Of a stretch of DNA of 64,000 bases, positions 24,689-38,575 are shown in pieces. The stretch lies in NCBI RefSeq assembly GCF_003918875.1, contig NW_025767141.1:434001-498000 (forward strand), read 5' to 3'. A program made the position numbers and the translations under genes. Source of the stretch: Haliotis rubra. Lineage: Eukaryota. The notes under the pieces were generated by a model, which ran no database searches, had not been told where the DNA came from, and saw nothing but the letters and a program-made list of their open reading frames with translations. Each line of letters starts with the position of its first letter. Position 1 is the stretch's first letter.

Positions 24689-25976
24689 CTGAACATCATT
24701 GAAAACGCACTACTTATAAACGTTCAGATTATTAAAAGCACGTGTAAGGAATTGATATTTTTTGAGTGGATAATAACAGATGGACGACTGACAAAAACAA
24801 CAACACAGAAAAGACGCTCATTCATTGAAATGTTCCACAGTCAGAAAGGATCAAACACACGTGGGGTCAAATGGAAATGTCAATATCGCGTGTGACCGCC
24901 ATTTGCATTGACACATGCAGTTCAAAGTCTCCTCATTGAGTCAATAAGCGTCCGAATAGAGTTCTTGAGGATGGCATTCCACTTCTGCAGTAGTGCAGCC
25001 TCAAGTTCCCGGATGTTTCGCATCTGTTACCGCCGCGAAAGACTTTGACCAATTTCGTCCCACAAGTCCTCCATGGGGGGATACATCTGGCGACTGTGCT
25101 GGCCAATGAATAACCTGGATGTGTTGCTGGATCAGATACTGCATTGAAAGTCTTGTTGTGTGTTTAAGCCCGTGCGTTGTCCTCTGAAGTTGAAACGTAT
25201 CGACATCTTGGTGGTGATTTAAGACACACCTGTGCCATTTTTTCCAACCCAACCTTTACTGAAAACCCAAAGGCTTCTGAACCAGCCCATTGGCATACGC
25301 TTCATTACGGTATCTGTCAGTCAGAATTGGTCCAGCGCTGAAAATGACGAGCATGGAATTGGTCCTGTAAGGACGTTGTAGACGGCGTCGCATCGCGAGT
25401 CAGCGCTGATGACCCCCACGTCATCCTTGAACTAGTGCAGCAGTCCTGGCAATCGGCAGTGTTCAATCACTAATATGGACAAGGCCAATATTGGGATCCT
25501 GATGAAGCGTCGTAGCACGTTGTTGCCAAGGTCATTGCAGGTCACGGGTGCTGCCTGTCTACTGATGTCGTCTATGAAGCCTAACGATGGTGGAGTGGCC
25601 AAGTCCAAGTTTTTGAGCAATATCCTTGCTGCTGGTGCCAACCTGAATCATGCCTAGTGCACGTTCTCTTTCGTGAGGTGTTAACCTCGGCATCTCTGTC
25701 CTCGTTTCACAATCGGTTCTCATACACCTGCTTTTAATGTCAAAGTCAGTATGATTTCAGAATTAAATTCGCACTTTTTTCATGGAGTGGCTGCAGGTTG
25801 TGCATTTTAGAATTAAGAGTCATACTGTGGACAGGAATTTGTTTCTAAAGCATTTCTTCAACTGGACATGCCCTTCGACTTCATGTTAGTTATATTCATT
25901 GATCATTGTCATGCTGAAATCCATCTTGATGAAAATATGGACAATTTTAGACTGGTGCGCTTTCCATGATGTTCAG
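24689..25976 (-). mobile_element. Tc1/mariner element copy A, internally deleted/scrambled
   Basis: TIRs CTGAACATCATTGAAAACGCAC / GTGCGCTTTCCATGATGTTCAG with TA flanks. Transposase remnants MPRLTPHERERALGM and WPAQSPDVSP. Confidence 0.9.
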
Positions 25977-26781
25977 TACATAAGACATCAAATTCGTATC
26001 GGCAAGTTTAAAATTCATGTGTTTTTGTCTGCAGATGGAAAATTGCTGATTATGGCGTTAAACAACCAGCGATCAAAGCAGAAAGTGGTTGACATGCGCA
26101 TCGATTAACGCAATTTTGATTTACGCAAGTCAACGAGTCTGACCACCCAATGCCGTTTGTCCATTTCTGACCATTTCTGAGTTGGGTCTTCACGGATGGA
26201 CTCTTTTATTTACAAAGAGCTGGAAGTTTGCTGTGAGCAGCGCTATACAGCATGAAATTAAACCATAACTAACTTCCAAACTGAACAAACTCTTAAATAT
26301 CGGGCAAAAGTAATTATCCAACCACAAAAGTCCAAATAAAATAGCTTTAACATAACAATAATTACTTGTTAATTGAAGAGGAAAAATTGGTTAATTTTTG
26401 CAAACAGGTAGTCAATTAACGTGTTTTGATGATAAACCATGACTGATATGTTGTTTATACATGACTGCAAAATGCTGTTATTGATAAACGATGTTCTCAT
26501 TTCATCAAGTTCAATCATATGAACATATGTTACCTGTTTTATAGGCAGCCAACTGTCGACCATAGCGTCCTCTCGTCGTTTATTTGAGACTCCAGAGCTA
26601 AATGTTTGCAGTAGGACATGCAGGGCACTTCTTTTTCTCTAAATATACACATTCGTGCTGTCTATGTTTAACTACTTACATGTACGACTTGGTATACTAG
26701 CAAATATGAAATACCAACCAAAATACAGGGGAAATGAACAGATTACTGAGACAGCCGAATAGTTACCGATTGTCCGATTGG

Positions 26782-27017
26782 TTGGTTGATAGTGTAACGT
26801 CGCACTCAGCAATATTCCAACTATATTGCGGCGGTCAGTAAGTACTCAAGTCTGGACCACACAATCCAGTGATCAGCAACATGAGCATCTATCTACGCCA
26901 TTTGGGATATGATGACAATTGCCAACCAAGTCAGCGAGCCTGACCACCCGGTCCCGGTAGGCGCCTCTTTGGCAAGCATGGGTTGCTGAAGAACACTTTT
27001 AAAACGGATGTTCACGG
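26782..27017 (-). mobile_element. SINE family 1
   Basis: Similarity to the family consensus. Confidence 0.82.
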
Positions 27018-29601
27018 AGTATTTAACTTGTTTGGGCATTTTGGGCAACGTAACTATTGTCCTTCGTATATTTTCGACAAAAACGTGAAAAAGGATTGTC
27101 TTTGATGGTGGCTCAATCTAGAATGTCTCTATATGCAGCACAGACAGTGATTTCCCGTGGGAAATCCTGCATAACAAACATGTCAACTATTATGTCTGGA
27201 CCAGACGATCCATTGATTGTCACTTGGAATATCACATGCTTTCAAAATTGAATAGAAGCATTACTGTGTGGTTGGTTCTCCAAGTTACTGCCAATCCGAT
27301 TTTAATGGCCTCCTTCGACCAGCAGATTTTGCTGGGAACCCCGAATTACAATGGGTGATGTCTTTTTCAAAAGTGTCGGGAAACAATATACATGCATGTA
27401 GTAATGTCTGTTACAAAATATGGAACGGTGTCTGAGTTATGGTCCGGAAAAGATTACGGACCGACGGTCGGATGGATACACGAGGCGTTGACTATTACTT
27501 TCCCCAAATTATATGCCGGGGATAAGAAGTAATGGAACGGAAAAATGTAGAAACATATAATCAAAGTAACGAAAAAACTCAAAATTTGAACAGAAAAAGA
27601 GATATTATGCTACAAACGTGGTACAGTTAGATTTCGTAGTATCCTATTCTCTACAATAAAAGGTTCTGTGTCTGCCAAAATGCATCGACCTGTGATTAAT
27701 GACAAACAAGAACTCCATCATGGGCAGTTTTACAAATTTAACACCTGATCTGACAAGGGAACAGAGGTATTGGCTGTTTCTCTGCAGCTGTCGACTGGGG
27801 ATCAGTTAGACAGTGTTCATGGGCATCATAGCTAAAAATGTGTCAAACTGGCAATGTAAGTAAACATATTCTTCACAATTGTAATCTAACAGTGTGCCTC
27901 GGTCATTGGTTTGGTCGATATTTAATGATTGTTGTTAAATGTAGTTGGATTATTGTTGTGAATAGTGCGAATTCTCTAAATGATTGATTTCCAGTTACCT
28001 TATTGTTTCAAATTGGGAAATAACACGTAACAGGTTTTTTGATTAATTATATATCAATAAATGATAATATTGTCAAACATAGTTGGAAATTTGCAAAATC
28101 AGCATTCATGATTAATGAGTATTTTGGAATACCATAGTCAGGCAACGACGATTATTGATATTCTCTGTTCACCGCTAATGCTGAACATATGTTTCTGAAA
28201 CCTGTTTATATTGATAACATGCAACGTAATTGTGGTATGAAGGAGGGAGTTAAAATTTCTTATCAGCTACATTTCAGTCATATAGCCACAAGATCCTGTT
28301 CACACATATACACAAGTCCATTATAAACACTTAAATCCGAAAGCATTGTCTATATTTTCACACATTTTACAATATTATTTACAATTTTAAACAGTCCTAA
28401 AACTAGTAATTAGTTATACACGTTTTTATTTTGTAATACATCAGCTCACACAGGTAAAAAGATATTTCAGGTTTGTTGCTGGATAATGAATATCTTGCAA
28501 CCGTGAAGGCAACACAGTCAAGTGTGCTTGCCATTGAGCGTTTCATCAAGGGATGACTTAGGAAGTTCGTCATCATCTGATTTGAATAGATATTTGTCAG
28601 TAAACCGACTGAGGTCAGTACGACATCGTTGAAAAATGACCTCCTCGTGTCCTGACAGACGATCCATGCAAGTATTACCGATTTGTGTTTATAATTTTGA
28701 CGTTTATTAATTCCTGCATGGTGTTCGACCTTTTTGCATAAGATTTGATGGATGGCTTGAAATCATAGAAAGCAGAGGCGATAAAGGGGTTTTATGACTA
28801 AAATAAGTATGTCATGAAGAATTTTAAAAATAGGATAAAAAGATAAAATAATCCTGTCACTTTTCAGGTTATACTGGCATGAATTATGATGATCACTCAA
28901 ACAATTTCTGTTATTACTTTGCTGTAATTATCATTATAAAATCCGAAAACCCTCTTCGCGCTGTACCTATTGGTAGTAACGATGTTAAAAATATTCTCGA
29001 GTACTAAAACATCTGGTCCGGGCAGTATAAGAAATATACCTTAAGAAATGACCACAAGAATCTCTAGCAAATTGTTTGTATCATCACGAAAACATACCGC
29101 GTTTCTTATCATCAAGAAAGAAGCGGCAATCAACTTAGGTTATTGTACAATTCTATCGCAAAAGGATAAAGACATCTTTTGGGACATGAGTAGAGTATTT
29201 TAAGCACGTTTGACACAACATATTATTTCATACACTTGAGCGAGATAGCATCGACGGCAGTGTATTTGAATGGTTTCAAAGGTATGAAAACAACTGAACA
29301 CAAAAAGTGGAAAATCAAGGTATCAGCTCATCTGGGAAATCGGTTTTCGCTTGGGTGCGCCAGGGATGAGTGTTGGGTCCCTTATGTTTTATATTATACA
29401 TTAATGATATGTATCATGGATGGAAGTGATGCTAATCTCAAATTTCACTTTGGGCAAGAAAATAGCACTCTTTCAATCCAAATAAGACACTTTCAATATT
29501 ATGTACGCGAAAATTGAATGTTAATTTGCGTGCACCTTTGTCGAGGGACAATACGAAGTAGTAAACCATAGACACTGGGGGGATATTCTATTTAGCGATT
29601 G

Positions 29602-31820
29602 TGTTACGAGAGTGTGTTTTTGTAATTTGTATTATCATTGATAAAGGGATAGTTGTCATTGAGTCACAATGTATAGAGTTTTGAGTGTGGGTTGTAGGTC
29701 ACATCTTGCATCATGTACGTTCAATGGCAATAGTATTTTTTAGCGGTACGCCTTTTTGATAGCGCTCCAGAGTTGCCTCCCTTGGCTTTATTTTGTTTTG
29801 ACTCCCGGTCGAAGGTTCAACATGATTCGTGAATGTTGTCAGTGGATAAAGAATGTTCTAGACACTGTGTCAGTATATATACTGAACATCATTGAAAACG
29901 CACCACTTATAAACGTTCAGATTATTAAAAGCACGTGTAAGGAATTGATATTTTTTGAGTGGATAATAACAGATGGACGACTGACAAAACAACAACACAG
30001 AAAAGACGCTCATTCATTGAAATGTTCCACAGTCAGAAAGGATCAAACACACGTGGGGTCAAATCGAAATGTCAATATCGCGTGTGACCGCCATTTGCAT
30101 TGACACATGCAGTTCAAAGTCTCCTCATTGAGTCAAAAAAGCGTCCGAATAGAGTTCTTGAGGATGGCATTCCATTTCTGCAGTAGAGCAGCCTCAAGTT
30201 CCCGGATGTTTCGCATCTGTTGTCGCCGCGAAAGACTTTGACCAATTTCGTCCCACAAGTCCTCCATGGGGGATACATCTGGCGACTGTGCTGGCCAATG
30301 AATAACCTGGATGTGTTGCTGGGCCAGATACTGCATTGAAAGTATTAATGTGTGTGCCCGTGCGTTGTCCTGTTGAAACGTATTGACATCTTGGTGGTGA
30401 TTTAAGACAGATACGATGTGATTCTGAAGAATCTGCTCACGATAATAAAGGGCATTAACTCTCCCTTGACAGACGTGAAGGCAGTCCTGTGATTGTAACT
30501 TATTCCAACCCAGACCATGACACTCCCACCACCCAAAGGTCTATCTGAACCATACACTCATCAGCATAAGGTTCACCACGTCTACGCCAAACACGTAATC
30601 GGCCGTCAGTATTACGTAGATGATGACGTGATTCGTCAGTGACTACCGCACCATGCCATTGTTGTAACCTTTACTGAAAATGCTTGCTAGCCCTTTGTAT
30701 ACGCTCATTACGGTGTCTGTTAGTCAGAATTGGTCCAACGTAAGGACGTTGAGCATGGAGCCCTGTAGCTTGTAGACGGCGTCGCATGGAGTCAGCGCTG
30801 ATGACCCCCACGTCAACCTTGAACTAGTGCAGCAGTCCTGGCAATCGGCAGTGTTCAATCACTGATATGGACAAGGTCAATATTGGGATCCTGATGGAGC
30901 GTCGTAACACGTTGTTGCCAAGGTCATTGCAGGTCACGGGTGCTGCCTGTCTACTGATGTCGTCTATGAAGCCTAACGATGGTGGAGTGGCCAAGTCCAA
31001 GTTGTCGAGCAATATCCCAGCTGCTGGTGCCAACCTGAATCATGCCTAGTGCACGTTCTCTTTCGTGAGGTGTTAACCGCGGCATCTCTGTCCTCGTTTC
31101 ACAATCGTTAGTGAAGCAGTGAGAATCGGTTCTCATACACTTGCTTTTAATGTCACAGTCAGTATAATTTCAGAATTAAATTCGCACTTTTTTCATGGCG
31201 GGCTGCATGTTGATGCATTTTGGAATAAAGTGTCATACTGTGGACAGGAATTTGTTTCTAAAGCATTTTTTCAACTGGACATGCCCTTCGACTTCATGTT
31301 AGTTATATTCATTGATCATTGTCATGCTGAAATCCATCTTGATGAAAATATGGACAATTTTAGACTGGTGCGTTTTCAATGATGTTCAGTATATATAGGC
31401 TGGTTGTTGTGTTGACACACACACACACGGAATTACACGTCACTTTTCATATCACGGGAGTTGTGTACATCTTTCTGCCGTCACCTGCCTACCGTCGTCG
31501 TCTGTCTGTCAACATCGTCAAGACCGATTGTCTCGTCAAGACCGACTGTCTACTGACATTGTAAACTACCTTTAGTTTGTATATCTGCACTCACTGTAAA
31601 TGCCAAGGCTCGTGGTGAGTTGATACCTTATATTTGTGACCCATTACTTTAGATTTGTGACTCAATTGCATTGTACTAAATATCTGTATTGTCATCTATT
31701 GTAGCTTGCTCATTGTTTGCTCAATATATTATAGAATATTTTAGACTTGTGTGTTTTATATTTTGCTGGTTCAAAGGGGACTCTTAAACCTTTTTGTCAC
31801 GGCAATTATTAACCGTAACA
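29602..31820. mobile_element. Solo-LTR-like element (about 710 bp) with nested Tc1
   Basis: Termini TGTTACG...CGTAACA with 4-bp TSD ATTG (29598-29601, 31821-31824). The empty site GCGATTGCTCCTG is present in the paralogous flank at about 39757-39769. Confidence 0.85.
29882..31389 (-). mobile_element. Tc1/mariner element copy B, near full length, non-functional transposase
   Basis: Same TIRs, TA flanks. HTH start MPRLTPHERERALGMIQVG; DDE motifs VTDESR, QQDNAR and SPDVSPMEDLWDE, with stops and frameshifts. Confidence 0.93.
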
Positions 31821-33063
31821 ATTGCTCCTGCTTCGATCATATTGTCGGTATTGACTCTAAGGTTAACCATGTGCTCAACTGTCAAAGTTAGAAACAATAT
31901 TTAATGTACAAAAAAAAAAATATTTTACCTGTATTTGATTGTTGTGGCCATATCTGGGACAATTACACTAAACGGCAACATCGCCTCCTAGAAAAAATAG
32001 ATCTGGGTACTTTGACAACATGTGGAACAAGCCATTATGAAATATATGAAGAAACAACCTTTATTCTAAAAGAACTTTGCTTTGTCAAATTACAAACAAT
32101 TTAACGCCTGACTACTTTACCTACAGTACCGGTCGTAATCGACCTACAGTGGTCGAAGTGATCGAATCTAATCTGTTTAACCTTAGAAACCAATCCAAAC
32201 TATACATTGCAAACAAACTATTATGAAAAAATGTTATGAAATTTTGACATGATGGTATCAAACTATGGAACGAACTTCTCAACGAATATACTAGCCCCTA
32301 CTCGTTATCTCAAAAGAACAATCAAGATGAAAACCAAACCTGTCAATTATTTCAATTTGAATTATGGATGTTGCTTCTGCCAAATTTCAGATTCCCGACT
32401 ACGATTCGGATGTAGTGATCTAAACGCCCATATGTTTGAAAGATATGTCTCTGAGTATCCATACTGCTCCTGACATTATCGCTGTGAAAATTGCTTTCAT
32501 TTTTTCTTCATTTGTCCAAATTTTACTGAATTCAGAAATAATTTGTACATATTCTATGAAGTTTTTACAGTGTTCTTTTTGTCAACGTATTTACATATCC
32601 AACATTCTTCCCACTGTTTCACCTCATTAACGGGCAGTAAAAAGACACATCCTATGTATAATCAGTATTCATCCAATGAATAAAACATATGTTTAAATCA
32701 AGTTTAACCTTAGCTGTAGCATCGGTTTTTGCGTTACCTACTGTGTTGCTTAACGTGCAACGCTGACTAGATGACAGTTTTTCTGCTCATAGGTTGTTTA
32801 ACAGGTGAGCGAATGTGCCGTTAGATTGTTGTAACATGTGCAATTGTTTATGTTTTAAGGCTCTTGCGAAATTGCTGCGAACATTTTAACTCTCATTTGT
32901 CTGAATAATTATTGGATTATTAGTTCTTTTGTGAAATTAGGTTTCATTATCGTCATCAATGCGTGTGAGATGATATTTGTCATAGTTTTCTTTTTGTCAA
33001 CATACATTTAGAATAATAAGGTATAATTGTATTGGTCACGTGTTCTTGTCCAAATATGTCGTG

Positions 33064-33141
33064 TATAAAAGGAACATGTCCCATCATAATTCATCAGCTG
33101 AACGACCAGTTGTAATCCAGCTTTCTGCACCGACCGAGAAG
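33064..33141 (+). promoter_or_regulatory. TATA box and non-coding first exon of GS-like copy 1
   Basis: TATAAAA at 33064-33070 is followed by a block ending GAAG|GTAC. The block is conserved in copy 2 (donor after 40712) and copy 3 (donor after 51536). Each coding exon has an AG acceptor 4 nt before the ATG, so an upstream exon is required. Confidence 0.65.
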
Positions 33142-33429
33142 GTACGCCGTTCACTATCTGTTACTGATACAAGTCGACACCAGCATAACCAAGGTACAGA
33201 ATACTGAAGGGTTCGTAGTAACCATTATTTTTTAACTCACTCACTCAATTGTTTGTTGTTGAAGCTACACTCTTCAATATAGTAAGTACACATATGAAGG
33301 CGTTCTGTGAGTCCGTATCAGATTATCCGGTGATTAACATCTTCAGCATCTTAGGTTGATACTTGTTGTTTGATGAGATTCGCATTTCAGCCTGCCTGAT
33401 TCCGTCTCAGACTTTGTAATCACAAAATT

Positions 33430-33711
33430 GTCACCCTCAGATGGTATCCTTGTCACTGGATAATATTTATCCGGGTGAGCGAGTTTAGTTTTACGCCGCA
33501 CTCAGCAATGTCCCAGCTATATGGCGGCGGTCTGTAAATAATTGACCAGACAATCCAGTGACCAACAGCACGAGCATCGATATACGCAATTGGGAACCGA
33601 TGACATGTGTCTTCCAAGTCAGCGAACCTGACCACCCTATCAATTTAGTCGCCTTTTACGACAAGCATGGGTTTATTACTGAAGATCAATTATAACCCGG
33701 ATCTTCACGGG
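33430..33711 (-). mobile_element. SINE family 1 with a 3' extension, in intron 1 of GS-like copy 1
   Basis: Full body plus the same 45-bp extension as at 6328-6375. Confidence 0.88.
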
Positions 33712-34750
33712 TTACGTGGTTTAGTGTGTCAGATATGGTCGGATGTAAAACTTGAACGTTTAAGCACCCAAAAACGGGAAAGAGAGGTAATGGAGATGAT
33801 AACTACGTATGTTTATTCTTGGTGCTCAATGCATTCTTAGGCTGTTTCTAGCAACTTACCTTTTGACTTTCCTTAAAGAAATCCAATGAAAGTAGCCCTT
33901 AAAACCTTGGCACCAGCAGCTTGTGATCTGTCCGTATGAACTGTACGATGAGTGGTGAAAACATACAAAGATTCCATGTTGGGTTGTTAGGAAAAAGAGA
34001 TTGACACTGCATACTGTTTACTGCACGATCAACGAAGGGTTCAAAGCGTACGAAATCAAAGCTTAAATTGTTTACTCATTATTTGTTTGCGAGTATATGC
34101 AGGATGGTCCGGGGTTTTTTTCTTCTTAGAAACAAACACTGACTGGTAGCTTTAAAAGTATTTGTTCCATGCTCTTGTAAACACTACAGGACAATGAAAT
34201 TGCTCGATAATGTGAAGGACCAGTGTGACCTCGTCCCGGTTTATGTACTGGAAAAAAAATAGAATCACGCCATTAACCTAAAATATGTTCCAGACTAGTG
34301 CTAGGCCACTGTGACCCTACGCATGTGTTCAACATAGATATTCAATTCAGATAAATCATACATTTTTCTCTCTGCTCTCTGATTGCTGTCAGTCATCGCC
34401 AGGCAGATTTACTCAATAAGAAAGACGATTCTTTTCTCACGTATATATGATTAAATCGGCCCGAGAGAGGCAGTTGTACATACACGTATATGATTAAATC
34501 GGCCCGAAATTCATACACGTATAGATTAAATCGGCAGTTGTACATACACGTATATGATTAAATCGGCCCGAGATTCGTCTCCATAGCTCCACAGGAACCG
34601 ATGGAGATGTATGAGATCTTTTATTCGGCGAATTATATTATCTGACAGTGTTCAAGCCAGGATTGAAAAATTGCAATGTTTCCCGGGTTAATTGTTCAGA
34701 AATAATCAAAGAGTCCAAATAATGGTCAATTTTATTTTTTTTGCAGACCC

Positions 34751-36351
34751 ATGTCTCAAATGAAAGTCTCCTTCGACTATTTACGACTAACTATCTGTGA
34801 TATATCTGGAAAGTCCAGAGGAAGAGTTGTTCCTTGCCGCCATGCCGAACACACCTGTAGAACTGGAGTCACAGTAGGAGTAGGTATGTGTTGTCATCTG
34901 TAACGTTACCCTTTCTGTGTTGAAATTGTAAGAACCGATGGAGGTTGAACCAGTGGGATTGGTGGCTGAGACTCGTTAGTAAGATCAGTGGTATCAGTCT
35001 TGTGACTGGATGCCCGTTCCAGACATAGTACCACACCTCCATCATATAGCTATTACGTTAACAAAAGAAAATACATTTCTTAGTAAAGATGCTCATCGCA
35101 CTTAAGTATAATTGTCGAGGTTGGAATATTTAGGGTTCCATGGTATTCTGTAGTGGTAAACAACAAACAATAACAATAATAACCATGAATGTTTGAAAAG
35201 GCTGTATTGAAATAAACATACTCATAAGTAGAACATCCTTGTCTGGAAATATTGCAGGCGTTCCAAGGGCACTGCGAAGGGATTATGGATTTGTAATCGT
35301 TCCCGACCTCAGCACAATGAAGACTATTTCCTGGGATGGAGGTGAACAGTACAAGGTGGCCGAGGTCATATGTGATGCGTATTGGTTGAAAGACAAGACA
35401 CCTCTTACATTCTTTCCGAGGCATGCTGCTCAACAACAGCTTCAACGATTGGCAGATAATGGGTATGCAATGTTATCAGGATTTGAGATGGAATACATGT
35501 TGTATTATAAAAGCCTACCTGCGTCGGGGAAACACCGAATGTATCACTTGGACCATACTCAACACAGCGAATTTCTCTATGCCTTAGACAAAGGTATGCG
35601 TAATGCAGGTGTTGATGTAGAGAACTTCCATACAGAGTGGGACGCTGGGCTCTACGAAAGCGTTTTAAAGGCATCCAAAGGCATCACTGCTGCTGACCAG
35701 GCTTTTACCTTTCGAAATGGAGCCCTTCAAGTTGCAAGTAAGCATGCAGATTATGGAGTAAGCTTTAAAGCAAGACAAAAATCGGGTGAAGTCGGAATGC
35801 ATTATAATCATTCAGTGTTGTCGATGGAAAGTGGCGAAAATATTTTCAGTGATTCAAGCAAGCCCGATGGTATATCAGATTTGGGAAGATGTTGGCTCGC
35901 AGGTCTGCTGAAACATTCAAGGGCCCTTTCAGCCTTCTGGTGTCCGACTGTAAATTGTTATGATCGACTCCATCGTCCAAGGAGACCAGGGAATATCAAC
36001 TGGGCGTGTGAAAATCGTCTTTCATGTTTCCGCGTTAAAGCAGATACTGATAAAATAGGGGTCTACTTTGAGAACCGGATTCCAAGCGGCAGCAGCAATC
36101 CATATCTGACTATGGCTGCCACGATAGCAGCAGGTTTAGACGGGGTATTCAATAACTTGGATTGTCCTCCTGAATGCCCAGACCCAGATGATCCATCTTC
36201 TAACTCCACAGCAGCTAATACTCTACCAACCTCTCTCCCCGAGGCTCTGTCTGCTCTCCAGGCAGATACTGACATGGTGAATATTCTCGGGAAGGAGCTG
36301 GTGGACTGGTTTGTTGCAGTTGCAAAAAAAGACATTGAAATAAGCAGCTGA
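34751..36351 (+). CDS. Lengsin-like / type I glutamine synthetase-fold protein, copy 1, 408 aa
   Basis: Coding exons 34751-34883 (MSQMKVSFDYLRLTICDISGKSRGRVV..., GS N-terminal beta-grasp motif) and 35258-36351, joined by a phase-1 GT-AG intron. GS catalytic motifs: GFEMEY, HTE..GLYE, GMHYNHS, YDRL, ENR..FRV, FENR.P....NPYL. Confidence 0.93.
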
Positions 36352-38284
36352 TACATTACTTCCAGCGAATGTATTCCAAGCCACTAATTCTCTACTCTCG
36401 TAAAAGGTATAATGGAAAACTGTTTTAGTAACTGATAATATCGATTGAGTTAAGATAATTTATTACAGTCTGGTTGGTTCATTCGATTAAGTCCACAGTC
36501 AGGAGAGCCTTTCCTATGTACATCCTATATGTGGTGTGTAACCTATCTTGTACATTCGTATGCTACCATCGGACCCCATATGACGTATCTGTTTCCAAAT
36601 AGCCTGATGACATCACTAACAACAACACTGCAATATAATTAGAAAGCTGTCGACACGAATATATACAATTTCACACAAACAATATATTGCTTACTTGTCT
36701 AAAGACAATAGTCATATAATTCCGTCATAGTTTCCATATGTAGACTATCCATAAACCATTTTGTATAAGCAAACGACAATACCATCATAGCATACAGGCT
36801 TAGAACTGATCATACCATATATGTATCTGAATCCCATTCTATAGCATCCTCTCTGTTGGACTAAATTGGCCATTCTGACAAAGGAGTACTGAAGCCTCAT
36901 CCAGATTCATATCCGGTCAAAGAACTCACAAATCTACAGTTCCACAATATTTCTCACATGGAGTCAGAAAATCAACATTAAATGAAAAATAAAGACATGG
37001 TGACAGTGAATTAAAACATGATTTATTCCAAAAAGTATAAACAAGGATTCAAATGCCGATGTGACGCACTATGTGTGTATTCCTATCATTTATTTATTGA
37101 ATGTCAATTTTTTAAATCAGCTAGAAACGAATTAATGTACACTCTATTGTTAATTACGAAAATAGCTTGTGCTGCTGTTTGGCAACGCAGACATGTGGAC
37201 AAGAATGTTAGGAGTGTACATGTATATAATGAAAACAACACGGTTTGAGTGAGCAGTGTTAATGTGAATACGTTACCTTTCTATCGTTAGATATATTTAT
37301 TGAAAATAAACATTGATGTGAAACTACTGGAAAGGGAGTTATTTTTAAATTATGATTAAATGTGTTCAAATATAAGCTAAAGACAAAGACACCCAATTAT
37401 GTTTTCATTGTGTCATTAACGATTTCACTTCACAACAGATTTTGCATTCGATGTTACTTTCGTCATTTTCACACTTCAGTGATTCGTTGTGAGCCAATAT
37501 TTCTATTGTTTTTCAATATTCTAGTAGCAGTGTGATTGCTCTTATGCAATCAGACTGAGAATGTGTCGTCCACAGCGTAAAGTTTTAACGACATACCTCA
37601 AATAATTGAACTCGGACAGAGATACCCATGACATTCATAGTCTGTGATTTGCGGACTTCTGAAACTTGTTTCTGCAGGCATATACTGTTAATGATTGTCC
37701 CCGCACAAGGCGCCTTAGATCAAGAACACACGTCCTGGTTCCAGTTTCAGAAATATTCAATATGGTTTTAGAAGCTTGGGCTACAATTGGTAACGAGCAA
37801 CTCGTCCGAAGAGGCCAATATTTCGTGTCACCTGGCTCATGGCATTTGAATGTAACCCGAATCTGCAAACATGGTTACTGGATGGTTTGCTTTAGACTCC
37901 GTTACTTACAGGCTGAAGTCATATCGCTTAGATATTGGATTCAAAATACACGTTTTTCTGTATAATATTCTCTGCCGCTTTAGACGCCAATGGGATGTAA
38001 CACATGTTATATTGCGGACAGATATAGTTCAGTACAGATTCTAGTACTTTTGTTGGGTTGAGTCCTATCCGGGATACGAACCCACACCCTCAGAGTCAGG
38101 CACGGAATCGCCAGCACACAAAGTGAGGCTAACTCAGTCAGCCGCCGCGGCTTCCACAAAAATAGAAGTCGGACAACTGGTAGTCTTGACCACGGACTTT
38201 GTGTACCCCTCTAATACGTGCAAATTAGCACGGTTCCCATTTGGTATCTTCCCATAAGACAGACCTCCCAAAAGACAGAGTGCA

Positions 38285-38575
38285 TAAAAACAACATATTT
38301 TATGGGTGGTTGCATAAGGCTTAATTAAGCTGTACCCTTGATAATAATGGTATGTGCCCATATAAAAAAGACAACATTATGTATTAACTATAGTTTTATT
38401 AATTCATATGTAATGAACTATGATTATTAAACTGCTTAAAACAACATATTTTATGGGTGGTTGCATAAGGCTTAATTAAGCTGTACCCTTGATAATAATG
38501 GTATGTGCCCATATAAAAAACAAACATTATGTATTAACTATAGTTTTATTAATTCATGTAATGAACTATGATTAT
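38285..38575. repeat. About 150-bp near-perfect tandem duplication
   Basis: AAAACAACATATTTTATGGG...GAACTATGATTATT occurs at about 38286-38428 and 38438-38576. Confidence 0.92.

Noticed and set aside
35239-35257. ORF-track starts of the GS ORFs (35239, 42947, 52914) suggesting intronless, bacterial-like genes
   Set aside because: These codons lie in the intron before the TTGCAG acceptor; the true N-terminus is on an upstream exon.
35080-36356. Antisense ORFs overlapping the GS exons (also at 42944, 52911, 53080, 53853)
   Set aside because: Shadow ORFs of the coding strand; they recur only because the gene is duplicated.
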